Assembly (NCBI GenBank): GCA_963702895.1
Contig: OY969767.1
Coordinates: forward strand, 2,528,001 to 2,592,000
Reading direction: 5' to 3'
From: an uncultured Elusimicrobia bacterium
GTDB taxonomy: Bacteria; Elusimicrobiota; Elusimicrobia; 2-01-FULL-59-12
DNA length: 64,000 nucleotides
Positions 8,822-17,578 of this stretch are shown in pieces. A program made the position numbers and the translations under genes. The notes beneath the pieces were generated by a model. The model was given only the letters and a program-made list of their open reading frames with translations, did no database searches and had not been told where the DNA came from. Within the stretch, counting starts at the first letter, position 1, and each line of letters opens with the position of its first letter.

Positions 8822-9019
8822 TCAGGCCCGCGAGCGCGAGAGCTTGCTGGTCGTCCAGTTGAGTCGGTATCGGCTAAACTCCTTGACGAACGTCTTACGC
8901 TCGATCTCCGCAAGGATGTTCCGGAGACCCGCCTCAAGGGCTTCTCTCTGGGAAGCCGCTTTCATGGCGCGCATCGCTTGAACCAAAAGGCGTTCATCGA
9001 TATTGGTCGTAATTTTCAT
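8822..9019 (-). CDS. vapB: VapB antitoxin
   Basis: MKITTNIDERLL...AM; AGGAGG RBS; directly upstream of vapC. Confidence 0.85.
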   Translation of the reverse strand: MKITTNIDERLLVQAMRAMKAASQREALEAGLRNILAEIERKTFVKEFSRYRLNWTTSKLSRSRA

Positions 9020-9071
9020 TTCATCCTCCTGATTCACTTGAGTATGGCTATACTTGCCATAAAGTATATGG

Positions 9072-9097
9072 CATCTGTTGCCATATTTCAACAGATG
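9072..9097. promoter_or_regulatory. Palindrome upstream of vapBC, probable autoregulatory operator
   Basis: CATCTGTTG...CAACAGATG inverted repeat. Confidence 0.45.
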
Positions 9098-9102
9098 GGC
9101 GC

Positions 9103-9181
9103 CCACTCGGCCTGAGCGCTCTACGTTTATGGCGCTCAGGTGCCGCCTCCTTTGAGAAATAGGATGCGGCGCCATCTCTCC
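9103..9181 (-). pseudogene. tRNA-Ser 5' fragment with a 61-bp twin-hairpin insertion
   Basis: GGAGAGATGG|9171-9111 two abutting hairpins|CCGAGTGG. Confidence 0.7.
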
Positions 9182-9240
9182 AAGATTTTGGCCCGTTCAA
9201 TGTAATCTAGAGGCCATGGTGCATGGACAATTTTTATTGT

Positions 9241-9654
9241 TTATCGAGAGGGCGCAATGAGCGCGATGACAACTCCGGCGAGCAAACATTGAACCATGCC
9301 CCCCACAAACCAGCCCACGGCCATCGAGACCGGAATCGGCACCATAAAATACGTCCCCAGGCTCATGCCCGAGGCCATCAGAAGCCCGATGAGCGCGCCA
9401 AACCGCAAACCCTGTCCGACACGCGCTTTTTGAGGTTCGAAGCCTTTCAGATAAAGAACGGGCAGTATGGCGGCATCGATGAGATACATCACCCACATGG
9501 TCCACATCAGCGCTTGCATCTCTGCCATCGGCCGCCATACGCTCGCTGTCGCTTCATACGCGCTTTTCATGAGAACACCGTGAATCACGAAATCCGTTAC
9601 AAAAAGAACCCCCGCCACCGCCGCCACCGCCGCCAACCATCGTTTCATCGTCAT
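9241..9654 (-). CDS. Small membrane protein with about 4 TM segments (DUF1761-like)
   Basis: Hydrophobic segments, GLRFGALIG; AGGAG RBS. Confidence 0.65.
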   Translation of the reverse strand: MTMKRWLAAVAAVAGVLFVTDFVIHGVLMKSAYEATASVWRPMAEMQALMWTMWVMYLIDAAILPVLYLKGFEPQKARVGQGLRFGALIGLLMASGMSLGTYFMVPIPVSMAVGWFVGGMVQCLLAGVVIALIAPSR

Positions 9655-9673
9655 GTCAAGTTCCTCCTTTTCT

Positions 9674-10057
9674 CTAAATATTGATCGATCCCCCGTTTGC
9701 GCGATTTGGGAATGATACTTCTAAGACGACGCACCCCACGTCCGTTTGGAACGGGCCATGAACCTCTCCGGGTGGCCGACTTGCATAGTGTCCGCTCTCA
9801 AGCCAAAGGTCAAAGGCTTTGTCATAAAGTCTGCCACTGACTACAAATATTTCTTCAGGATAATCGTGGCTCTTTCCCCCCAATGGAGTCGTGTCAGCGC
9901 CAGGGAGAAAACGTGTCAGCCGCGTATACTCTCCCGTTTCCTTGTCGATGCTAAGGGTCACCTCCTCGGCCATTCCCTCAATACCTTGGACGGGGGACCA
10001 ACGAGCGTTTTGAGCCGGTCTCAAGGAGTTCCAGTAAGCGGTTGTTGATTTCGACAT
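9674..10057 (-). CDS. ChrR-like cupin domain protein
   Basis: TRLTRFLPG, HDYPEEIFVVSG, YASRPPGEVHGPF. Confidence 0.85.
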   Translation of the reverse strand: MSKSTTAYWNSLRPAQNARWSPVQGIEGMAEEVTLSIDKETGEYTRLTRFLPGADTTPLGGKSHDYPEEIFVVSGRLYDKAFDLWLESGHYASRPPGEVHGPFQTDVGCVVLEVSFPNRANGGSINI

Positions 10058-10236
10058 GCCGTTTTACTCTTGATCAAAATGTCCTGGGTCAAACCCAGGA
10101 CTTCCCAACTCCATACCACTCCGTTTACAACCTACCTGGGAAACTCCTTACCACATCGTCAACGCCCGACACACGTCCGTCGGATCCGCCCGAAGTGTGG
10201 CGGACGACGGGCGGAGAGCGCCTGGTGTCTGGCGCT

Positions 10237-10353
10237 CGCGCGGCCCCGTCTCTTGCATCGTTCGTCCCTGGCGAACTTATTGGTCGGGACCGTCCCGGCT
10301 ATTATCGCTCACAATCGCGAGCGTGATAAAGAGGATAGGACGGCCACCCCTCC
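10237..10353 (-). pseudogene. tRNA-Ser 5' fragment with hairpin insertions
   Basis: GGAGGGGTGG|insert|CCGCGCG, followed by the same D-loop insert as at 5626-5707. Confidence 0.65.
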
Positions 10354-10355
10354 GC

Positions 10356-10631
10356 TCACGACCCTTCCTGGTTTTCGATCGCCTCGAGCGACTGGGCCAC
10401 GGACGCATTGTCGCTGGGCAGGCAAATCACGCGCTCGCGGCCAACCTCGGTCCGCAAAACGGTCAGGACCTCGTCGAGCCAGGACGGGCCGACGGCCAGG
10501 ACCCCGCTGAAGTCGAGCTCGATCCGGTCCCCCGGAGCGGGTTTGAAATAGGCCTTGATGGCGAGCCCCGCTTCCCGGCCGGATGGCCGAGAGGTCAGGA
10601 TTTCCCCGAATTTACGGACTTCGACTTTCAT
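10356..10631 (-). CDS. STAS-like domain protein (DUF4325)
   Basis: LTSRPSGRE...IELDFSGV...PSWLDE. Confidence 0.8.
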   Translation of the reverse strand: MKVEVRKFGEILTSRPSGREAGLAIKAYFKPAPGDRIELDFSGVLAVGPSWLDEVLTVLRTEVGRERVICLPSDNASVAQSLEAIENQEGS

Positions 10632-11461
10632 GCGATCCTCCCGTCCGCTATTTCCGCTTCGGCGGGCCCGGCGGCGTTTAACTTATCGCCGCAGGGCCAG
10701 AGCATCAGCGTGACCGTGCCCTTCGTATGATGAAACCGTTTATCCAGCAGCTTGGCGCACCGCTCCCCTTGTTCTCCGTAGGAAACGCGGCCTGTCCCGG
10801 AAATGCAGGCGATGCCCCCGCCCGGAGTCTTCACCATGGTGTTTTTGACAAACTTTAATCCATTCCCCCGCCGCTCCGGCGCCCGGCCGGAAATGATCGT
10901 GTCGAACGCCGCGGTCAAAGCGGCCTGCTCATCCGGCAGTTCGGGATGGACTTTCATCAACGATTGATAGACGCCCTGGCCCCGGTCGGCGATGCAAATC
11001 CAAAGATGACGCCCGGTGACTTGTGATTCAAACCAGCAGCCGGGAACATCCCGCCATTGTCCGAGGTTGTGGTCGAACGAGTTGTTTCCGACTTCGCCCG
11101 CCGTGGAAATCACGAGCGGCAGAAGATTCTCGGGCAGCCCGTTCCTGAGAAAGGATTTTAAATGGGGCAGCCGGGCGGTGAAAATTTCCCGCGTTTCGCT
11201 GACCGACGCCTCCGGGCTTTGGGGCGCCGCCGGGGCGTTCGCCCAACGCGACGCCGCTTCGAAATCCGGTACCCCGGCCAGCGCGTAATAGACAAGCGGG
11301 GCCGACCCTTTGATCTCAAGAAGCCCCTGCTGGGTCAGAGTACGAAGATGGCGATGAATTACCTGAGGAGAGATTTTCAGGATATTTCGCAACTCAAAAG
11401 GACGGATCTTCCCGCTTTTCTCAATGATTTGAAGTATTTTGCCTCGCGTCTCTGTCTTCAT
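10628..11461 (-). CDS. Winged-HTH plus HATPase_c (anti-sigma-kinase-like) protein
   Basis: N-terminal HTH; EVGNNSFDH, IADRGQGV, RGNGL motifs. Confidence 0.75.
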   Translation of the reverse strand: MKTETRGKILQIIEKSGKIRPFELRNILKISPQVIHRHLRTLTQQGLLEIKGSAPLVYYALAGVPDFEAASRWANAPAAPQSPEASVSETREIFTARLPHLKSFLRNGLPENLLPLVISTAGEVGNNSFDHNLGQWRDVPGCWFESQVTGRHLWICIADRGQGVYQSLMKVHPELPDEQAALTAAFDTIISGRAPERRGNGLKFVKNTMVKTPGGGIACISGTGRVSYGEQGERCAKLLDKRFHHTKGTVTLMLWPCGDKLNAAGPAEAEIADGRIA

Positions 11462-11465
11462 TGTT

Positions 11466-11486
11466 TATAGTTTACAGTAAACTATA
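11466..11486. promoter_or_regulatory. Perfect palindromic operator directly upstream of the HTH-ATPase gene
   Basis: TATAGTTTAC-A-GTAAACTATA. Confidence 0.55.
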
Positions 11487-11585
11487 GACTATAGCAATAT
11501 CAGTTTTTCGCCCCCGCCTTGTAAAGGCTCAACCTTGAATCGGTCGAACGTTCAGGCGTATTGTACAACGGCTGTCGGCTGGCGC

Positions 11586-11849
11586 TTAGCGCCGACGGCA
11601 AGCGAGCCGGATGGCGAGAAACGGCGTGAGGAAAAACACGATCACCAGAATCTTGGCAAGCCCGATCCCGCCGTAGGCCATGAGCGCGCATTCATGCGGC
11701 GTGAGGCCAAACCACGCGCCCTGCCGAACGATGAGATCCCGCGCACCGACAAAGGCCGCAAACCACACGAGGACGAAAAAGAATCCGATGAGGATGCACC
11801 AACCCAAGATCTGGCGGATGGTGTTTAAGGTTCCATGGAGAGGATTCAC
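11586..11849 (-). CDS. Small membrane protein (DUF6868-like)
   Basis: LGWCILI...WFGLT...YGGIGLAKILVIVFFLTPFLAI. Confidence 0.6.
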   Translation of the reverse strand: MNPLHGTLNTIRQILGWCILIGFFFVLVWFAAFVGARDLIVRQGAWFGLTPHECALMAYGGIGLAKILVIVFFLTPFLAIRLACRRR

Positions 11850-12370
11850 GGTGTTTCTCCTTTCGCTTCATAGCGTCCGTAGCGTTCCCAGTGGAGGACC
11901 TCGACGAGCGCGCGTTTGGGTGTGCGAGCCGTCGTGCCGGCTTCGTAGCCCAAGGCGACGAGCGACACCAGCCGGTAATCCTTGGGTGCACCCAGCTTCC
12001 GAACAATCTCTCCGGCATAGGATTTTTTGTCGCCAGCGACCCAGCAGGACTGGACCCCGAGCGCTTCGGCGGCGACGAGCATGTTCTGGGTCGCCGCCGA
12101 GCCGTCTTCGAGATAATACTTCGTGTCCAGGCACAGGACCGCAATGCAGACGGGGGCTTCCGCGATATGCTTGCCGTACTCGGTGAGACCGGCAATCTCG
12201 CTCTTACACTCCGGAGAGGTGATCACGATGAAGTCCCAGGGCTGGACATTGCGGGCGGTGGCGGCCCAGCGCCCCGCGTCGACGATCTGTTCAAGAATCT
12301 CCCGAGGGACGGGATCGGGCCTGAAGCGGCGTACGCTGCGGCGCCGCTGGATCGCCGTTAAGGCATCCAT
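11846..12370 (-). CDS. Nitroreductase family protein
   Basis: MDALTAIQRRRSVRRF, ARNVQPWDF, ALGVQSCW. Confidence 0.9.
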   Translation of the reverse strand: MDALTAIQRRRSVRRFRPDPVPREILEQIVDAGRWAATARNVQPWDFIVITSPECKSEIAGLTEYGKHIAEAPVCIAVLCLDTKYYLEDGSAATQNMLVAAEALGVQSCWVAGDKKSYAGEIVRKLGAPKDYRLVSLVALGYEAGTTARTPKRALVEVLHWERYGRYEAKGETP

Positions 12371-12386
12371 GGCAGAGGGGACTCCA

Positions 12387-12650
12387 TCATAGGCCGCAGC
12401 CGCCGGGCGAGTCCGCCCCACTGCAGGCTGCGGCACACGAGTCCGCTCGGGCGCAGGCTTCGGCGGACGAGTCCGCGCCTGATTTCGAGGGTTTCGCGCG
12501 ATACTCTTTGGCGCTTTGGTGGCACTCGGGACAAGAGGCGGTGTACTCGCAGCAAGGCCCGTAGAGGGAACTCGTCCATGCTTCGAGCTTGCCTTCCGCT
12601 TCAAAGCGCCGCTCACAGGCCGTGCATTCGAACAATAAAAGTGATTTCAT
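12387..12650 (-). CDS. FmdB-like zinc-ribbon protein
   Basis: FECTAC...CPEC and a Cys-rich tail. Confidence 0.6.
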   Translation of the reverse strand: MKSLLLFECTACERRFEAEGKLEAWTSSLYGPCCEYTASCPECHQSAKEYRAKPSKSGADSSAEACARADSCAAACSGADSPGGCGL

Positions 12651-12701
12651 CGGCGGCTCTTTTCTGGGAATGATTTTATCCAAAATCCCGGGAACCGTGC
12701 T

Positions 12702-13292
12702 CTATTCGTCTTCGGCCAGCGCATGGGGATTATGACAAGCGATGCAATCCATTTCCGCCCCTTCAAGAGCCGCATGGGGCTCCAGGCGCCGGAAAGCCCG
12801 GTTGTTGCGGTGGCATTGGAAGCAAAGCTCTTGGATCGTGGGCCGGATCCACAAATGGGGGTTTTTGCCCGCACCGTGTATGGAATGACACGCCAGACAG
12901 GAGATGTCCCGCGTCTCATGGATGCTGCCGACCCATTTGGTCCGCGCGCTCTTCTCGTGGCACTGGAGGCAGAAACGGTTGAGCGCGGCAGAGGACCATT
13001 TCGCCGGTTTGCGGATTTTGGCGAAATCCGGATTCCGTTTGTCCCCTCCCGCGCCGGCATGGAGCGCCCCTGGACCGTGACAGAATTCGCAGGTGTTCTG
13101 GAAATCGATCTTCTTCGCCTTGGGCATGGCCTTGCCGTGCGGGGAATCCTTGAAGCCCGCCATCGACTCATGGCAGGCCAGGCAAGCGTCGGCACCCACC
13201 GACTCCTCACTTGCTGGCGAAGCGGCGCGGGCCCAGCTTGCCGCGAGCAGGGCCACAACACTTAGGATGCGAAACGAGAATGCTTTATTCAT
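12702..13292 (-). CDS. Periplasmic 6-heme cytochrome c (DmsE/MtrA-like, short)
   Basis: Signal peptide; CLACH, CEFCHGPG, CLQCH, CLACH, CFQCH, CIACHNPH. Confidence 0.85.
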   Translation of the reverse strand: MNKAFSFRILSVVALLAASWARAASPASEESVGADACLACHESMAGFKDSPHGKAMPKAKKIDFQNTCEFCHGPGALHAGAGGDKRNPDFAKIRKPAKWSSAALNRFCLQCHEKSARTKWVGSIHETRDISCLACHSIHGAGKNPHLWIRPTIQELCFQCHRNNRAFRRLEPHAALEGAEMDCIACHNPHALAEDE

Positions 13293-13297
13293 TTGTT

Positions 13298-14662
13298 CTA
13301 CCAGTGATAGCGGATGCCAAGGTCCATCGTGGTCACGTGGACATGCTCCTGGGTCGAAAAGGTGGCGCCCGTGTCCAGGTCCCACTGGCGGGACAGTCGC
13401 CAGGTTAAGCGCGCCGATTCGTCATTATTCTTCCACTTTTTCACGTCGTTCGGGCGTCCGCTGTAGCGGAAGTTCCAGTTCAGGCGTGCCATGAGTTTTC
13501 CCTCCCAGAACGGGAGATCACCCGAGAGCCCTCCGCCATAACCGTCCCCTTCGGCGTCGCTCAGGTTAAACCAGGATGCCGTCAAGAGCGCCCCGCGGAG
13601 CTCCAGGAGCCCTTGGCGACTGAGACTGATTCTCCACAGCGTTGGCGAAAGAGACTCTGGCGACTGGAAAAAGGAGACGTCCCCGTCAGCTCGCAAACCC
13701 CAGGGCAACTTTTCGGATCCTCCCACCCAGTAGCGCCAGGAGCCGCTCGTGAAGTTGTCCGGACCTCCTGCGGCCCGCTCGGCCCGGGTGTCGGGACGTT
13801 CATAATGACTCATGCCGCCGCGCAGCTGAAGGAAAGGGGTGACGGGAGAGAGGCCATAGAGATTCAGCTGCGTGAAGCGCGGCCCCCGGTCAAGCACCGC
13901 TCCTCCAGAATCAAAGTTCAGCTTTGCGGAGACGAAAAGATTCATGAAGCGCGTGAGGTCCGCGCGCTGGTCGTAGAGCAGGGCCAGTTCGTCCGCCTCT
14001 CCTTTGTAGAGCGTCTGCAAAAAACCCAGTGTCCCTGTGTAATACATGTTCCCGCGCGTGCCGGCGTGCGCGGTCGCATAGGCGGAGCCCATCACTTCAT
14101 CACCGGAAACGCTCATGTCCTTTCGGTCAGGTCGGGCGCCCGCCGCCGCTCCAACGCGGAAGGTTGGCGAGGCGACCGTCTCGAGCTGTATTCCATCCAA
14201 GTAACCAAGGCTAGGCAGTTCGACTGGGGCCAGGCGACCCAACCGCGTGAAGCCCTCTTTCTCCCCCTTTCGCGAGAACATGAAGCGTCTGAGGTAGAGC
14301 TTGGGATCGCGGAAATCGGTCGAGACCGAACTAACATTCCCGTCACGATAGGAGACATTGCCTGCCCAAACGAAGGACCAGGGACTTCCGCCCAGCCGTT
14401 CGACGCTGCCGTCTGATACGGCGCGACCTGTCCAATAGTGGGACTCAGGCTGATTCACGGAGTGATACAAGTTCCAGAGCTGCAGCGAGCCGTGTGAGAT
14501 ATTGGAGGACCTACTCGTCACGACGCGTGGGGCATAGGGAGCCAAAAGCGGTGTGAACACATCGTTATCTGTTTCCGCAGCAAAGGAGCTCGCGACCGCG
14601 AACAAGATCGGCGCGAACAACCGATAGGCCCTGACTAGTCTGCTTCTCCGTTGCGGTGACAT
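13298..14662 (-). CDS. Putative outer-membrane beta-barrel (porin) partner of the cytochromes
   Basis: Signal-like segment, amphipathic strands, ends DLGIRYHW; start uncertain. Confidence 0.65.
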   Translation of the reverse strand: MSPQRRSRLVRAYRLFAPILFAVASSFAAETDNDVFTPLLAPYAPRVVTSRSSNISHGSLQLWNLYHSVNQPESHYWTGRAVSDGSVERLGGSPWSFVWAGNVSYRDGNVSSVSTDFRDPKLYLRRFMFSRKGEKEGFTRLGRLAPVELPSLGYLDGIQLETVASPTFRVGAAAGARPDRKDMSVSGDEVMGSAYATAHAGTRGNMYYTGTLGFLQTLYKGEADELALLYDQRADLTRFMNLFVSAKLNFDSGGAVLDRGPRFTQLNLYGLSPVTPFLQLRGGMSHYERPDTRAERAAGGPDNFTSGSWRYWVGGSEKLPWGLRADGDVSFFQSPESLSPTLWRISLSRQGLLELRGALLTASWFNLSDAEGDGYGGGLSGDLPFWEGKLMARLNWNFRYSGRPNDVKKWKNNDESARLTWRLSRQWDLDTGATFSTQEHVHVTTMDLGIRYHW

Positions 14663-15696
14663 GAATAGCATGCAGGGGAGCTGTAGGAATAACCGGGGAC
14701 ACCTCCGTGGTGACCATCCGTGACAGGCTTGGCATGGCAACCTAGACAGCTGAAATTCGAGGGTGTCCCACCCTGGTGGCACTGCATACAGGTGGACCCT
14801 TTATGGTTTTGCGGGAAAGGGTGATTGAGGCTTGCGCCCGACCAGCTGCCGCCAGCCGTATGGCAGGAGCCACAGGTTGTCGGAAAGCCCACCGTGCTGT
14901 GGTTTGGCGCGCGGTTATAGTCGTCTGCATGACAGGCGTAACAGTTGGGATTGGGGCCTAGGCCACTGTGATCAAAACGGGCCCCGCTGAAAGACACGGT
15001 GCTGTGGCACTTCCAACAAACCGTCGAATAGCCATTGGCGACATGGCTCGGCCCGCGCTGGAAGTCGACCGCATGGCAGGCATAACACTCCGTGGGCGTC
15101 CCCCGGTAGTCGCCGGCCGCGGCGCGACTGTGACATTCCTCGCATTGAAGCGTGCGGTGACGTCCGGATAGAGGAAATGGCGTCCGGGCATGCACATCAA
15201 TCACATTGTCCACCCGCCAGCTATTTTGATTGTGGCAGCGCAAGCAGTCGAGCCCGTTGGACCCGCGGTGCGGGTCGAGGTGGCACCCGGCACATCCACG
15301 CGCCGTATAACCCTTAACGGGTCCACGATCGTTGTGGCAGCGCAGACACACGGCGGAGGCATGCCCGCCCTCCAGGGCAAAACCGGTTTCCTTTTTATGG
15401 TCAAACCGAAAGTCTTCGCGCAGCACGCCCCAGTTTTTGGCGGTGTGGCAAAGACCACAGTCTTTTGGGAACTGTTTGTGAGAGATGACGGGACCCCATT
15501 TTTTGCGGTCCCAGCGGACCCGTTCATCGGCCGCGCTCGCGTGAAGGGAGAGCCCTACGGAGACCATCGTTAGCACGCCTAGCCACGCCGGCTTTCTGCG
15601 CGCAGGCGACGGGCTTGATACGACGATGGGGAGAATCAGTGGCGGCCTCCTGTAGTATCCGGCAGTAAGTCTATTCGTAATTACAGGAACTTCCAA
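14635..15696 (-). CDS. 12-heme cytochrome c
   Basis: 12 CxxCH motifs, FDH...F.L.G.H repeats; true start probably downstream of 15696. Confidence 0.85.
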   Translation of the reverse strand: MEVPVITNRLTAGYYRRPPLILPIVVSSPSPARRKPAWLGVLTMVSVGLSLHASAADERVRWDRKKWGPVISHKQFPKDCGLCHTAKNWGVLREDFRFDHKKETGFALEGGHASAVCLRCHNDRGPVKGYTARGCAGCHLDPHRGSNGLDCLRCHNQNSWRVDNVIDVHARTPFPLSGRHRTLQCEECHSRAAAGDYRGTPTECYACHAVDFQRGPSHVANGYSTVCWKCHSTVSFSGARFDHSGLGPNPNCYACHADDYNRAPNHSTVGFPTTCGSCHTAGGSWSGASLNHPFPQNHKGSTCMQCHQGGTPSNFSCLGCHAKPVTDGHHGGVPGYSYSSPACYSCHRNGEAD

Positions 15697-15751
15697 GGCT
15701 TATTTTGCTTAAGCGGCACCCTAAAATCTGGCGTGGCCAGCCTTCCGGTCT

Positions 15752-15844
15752 CTACTCCGGCTTGACGGGTTCGTTCCAGCGGATGGCGGCGACTTGGCCC
15801 TGCCGGGCGTAGTCGGCGGCCTCCCCCAGGATCCGCGCCGCTTC
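15752..15844 (-). repeat. Duplicate of the last 93 bp of nrfA (23924-24016)
   Basis: Encodes [30 protein letters not shown] versus ...[12 protein letters not shown]. Confidence 0.95.
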
Positions 15845-15913
15845 ATGAAGAGCCTCTTCTCTCTAGCCTAAAAGTTCAGTCGCGATCGACTCCATTTCGC
15901 GGAGTCTTGCCTG

Positions 15914-17578
15914 TCAGCCGTTGAAGTGGCGTTCGACGACCATGTGTCTTTCTTTATTGAGTTGGATCAGTTCTTCGGCGGACAGAACAGAGGAAGAACT
16001 TTCTAATTCATAGAGCTGAAAGTACTGGCTCTGCGGGACGTGACGTGTCATAAAATCTGCGCCAAGCGTCATGTGAGCGATGCGATGATCTTTCTCGAGT
16101 CTGAGCGTGTCGCTCAGGCTTATGCCGCGATTTCCGAAGGTACACCGTCGGAGAAATCGAATAGGGACAACTCCTGACCGAAGAATGATAACGCGCCTGA
16201 TCCATCTTTTGAGCCAGTGGCATAATCTCGGGCTCCACCCTAAGACCAAAAGAGTTGCTCGGAAAAGGAAGAAGGTCAGGGGTGTAAAACGTTTGTTGGC
16301 GGGTATGACATGTAAGCAGCCGGCGACCTCCCAACCATTTTGATCAATTGAGATTTGGTACGTTGGATCAACCCACTGAGAGGAAACAAGTTCCCCCGAT
16401 ACCAGTTGTGCCAGAAAGCCCGCATCATTGATCAAAAGATTTCCCGTTGTTCGATCAAACAATTTGAGGACTCCGCCCTTCGCTAAGCTCGCAACCGTAT
16501 ACGAGGCCTCCCGATTCACAACATGTATCCCCGCCTGTGGAAAATATCGGGTGAACGGTTTTTGCTCGTATGGAAGCGCGGGCCATTCTGCGGGGCGCTG
16601 AGCATAATCTCGATAGGACAGAAGATATTCGGGGAGGCGATAGGCCATATAACGGTCCGGCATGATCTCGGGAGGAACGAGCTTTCCTTGTTCCAAGGAG
16701 GACAGCATTTTCTCTGAAATGGAGGCTGCCAACGGGATCTGTTTTGCCATGACCTCAAAACCATGCGGGTAAAAGTGCCGCGTGTTTCGGCTCCCCACAG
16801 AGCCGGCATAGAACCCATCGGGATAGACGAAATAGCTGCAGAATTGGATGGACTGGTCTAAGATACGGAAGACAGAAGGGTCAGGATTGCACTGGTAGAG
16901 CTTCGCAAGAAATGACACGGTCGCCGACAGATAGCCGGGATCAGGTCCGTCGTATTCTCGCGACCATCCTTCATCGTTATTGTGGTACGAAAGAAAACCT
17001 TTCCAAAGCCGCTCGTATCCTCTGACGAGGTTCGGATCTCCAAGAACTTCATAGGCTTTCCAAACGGCTAGACAGGCCATGGCGTGATGGTTCGCTAAAT
17101 GATCGTCCTCGGCCTGTCCATGAGTGAGATAACGGGCCGCTTGGCGAATGGTTTTGCAGATGCGCTTGGCAGCAGCTGGTGGAATTTCGTCTTTGAGCAA
17201 TTGATAGGCTTCGGCACAAGCGTAGGCAGAAAAACCTGTCGGGCCCACCCAGCCATGCTCGAAGGGATAATGTTCATCGAAGGAACCGTCTCGATGCTGA
17301 CGACTCGCCCAAAAATCCATCGCCGCGATTGCCCAATCGAGTATCGTCCTTTGACCCTTAAAAGGGTTCTCAGGGAAATCATGTTTATAAACCAGCGCAA
17401 GTGCCAGTACGCCGAATTGATGGTCCATGTCGGAGAAATCAGAGGTTTTATCATGCCAATAGGCTCTGTCAAATGACCCAAACGTTGTCGAAAGGGGGTT
17501 GCGGTCAAGAGAGCTAAGAAGACGATGCATTTGCCCCATCGCCTTTCTTGCGTAGGTTTCACGGGCAGCGCTTAGCAT
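15914..17578 (-). CDS. Hypothetical polysaccharide-locus protein (possible alpha/alpha-barrel, heparinase II/III-like)
   Basis: Long ORF overlapping the asnB stop; QHRDGSFDE, EGWSREYDGPDPGY. Confidence 0.6.
   Translation of the reverse strand: MLSAARETYARKAMGQMHRLLSSLDRNPLSTTFGSFDRAYWHDKTSDFSDMDHQFGVLALALVYKHDFPENPFKGQRTILDWAIAAMDFWASRQHRDGSFDEHYPFEHGWVGPTGFSAYACAEAYQLLKDEIPPAAAKRICKTIRQAARYLTHGQAEDDHLANHHAMACLAVWKAYEVLGDPNLVRGYERLWKGFLSYHNNDEGWSREYDGPDPGYLSATVSFLAKLYQCNPDPSVFRILDQSIQFCSYFVYPDGFYAGSVGSRNTRHFYPHGFEVMAKQIPLAASISEKMLSSLEQGKLVPPEIMPDRYMAYRLPEYLLSYRDYAQRPAEWPALPYEQKPFTRYFPQAGIHVVNREASYTVASLAKGGVLKLFDRTTGNLLINDAGFLAQLVSGELVSSQWVDPTYQISIDQNGWEVAGCLHVIPANKRFTPLTFFLFRATLLVLGWSPRLCHWLKRWIRRVIILRSGVVPIRFLRRCTFGNRGISLSDTLRLEKDHRIAHMTLGADFMTRHVPQSQYFQLYELESSSSVLSAEELIQLNKERHMVVERHFNG

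Noticed and set aside
4260..11500. Classical integron/CALIN (a GTTAAAT motif overlaps the GIY-YIG start, and the cargo is integron-like)
   Set aside because: No RYYYAAC...GTTRRRY attC hairpins were found after the genes and there is no intI; the boundaries are tRNA fragments instead.
11490..11585. A ninth tRNA relic at the upstream end of the array
   Set aside because: No GGAG(G/A) tRNA start is recognisable; only weak hairpins and a TACAAT-like box.
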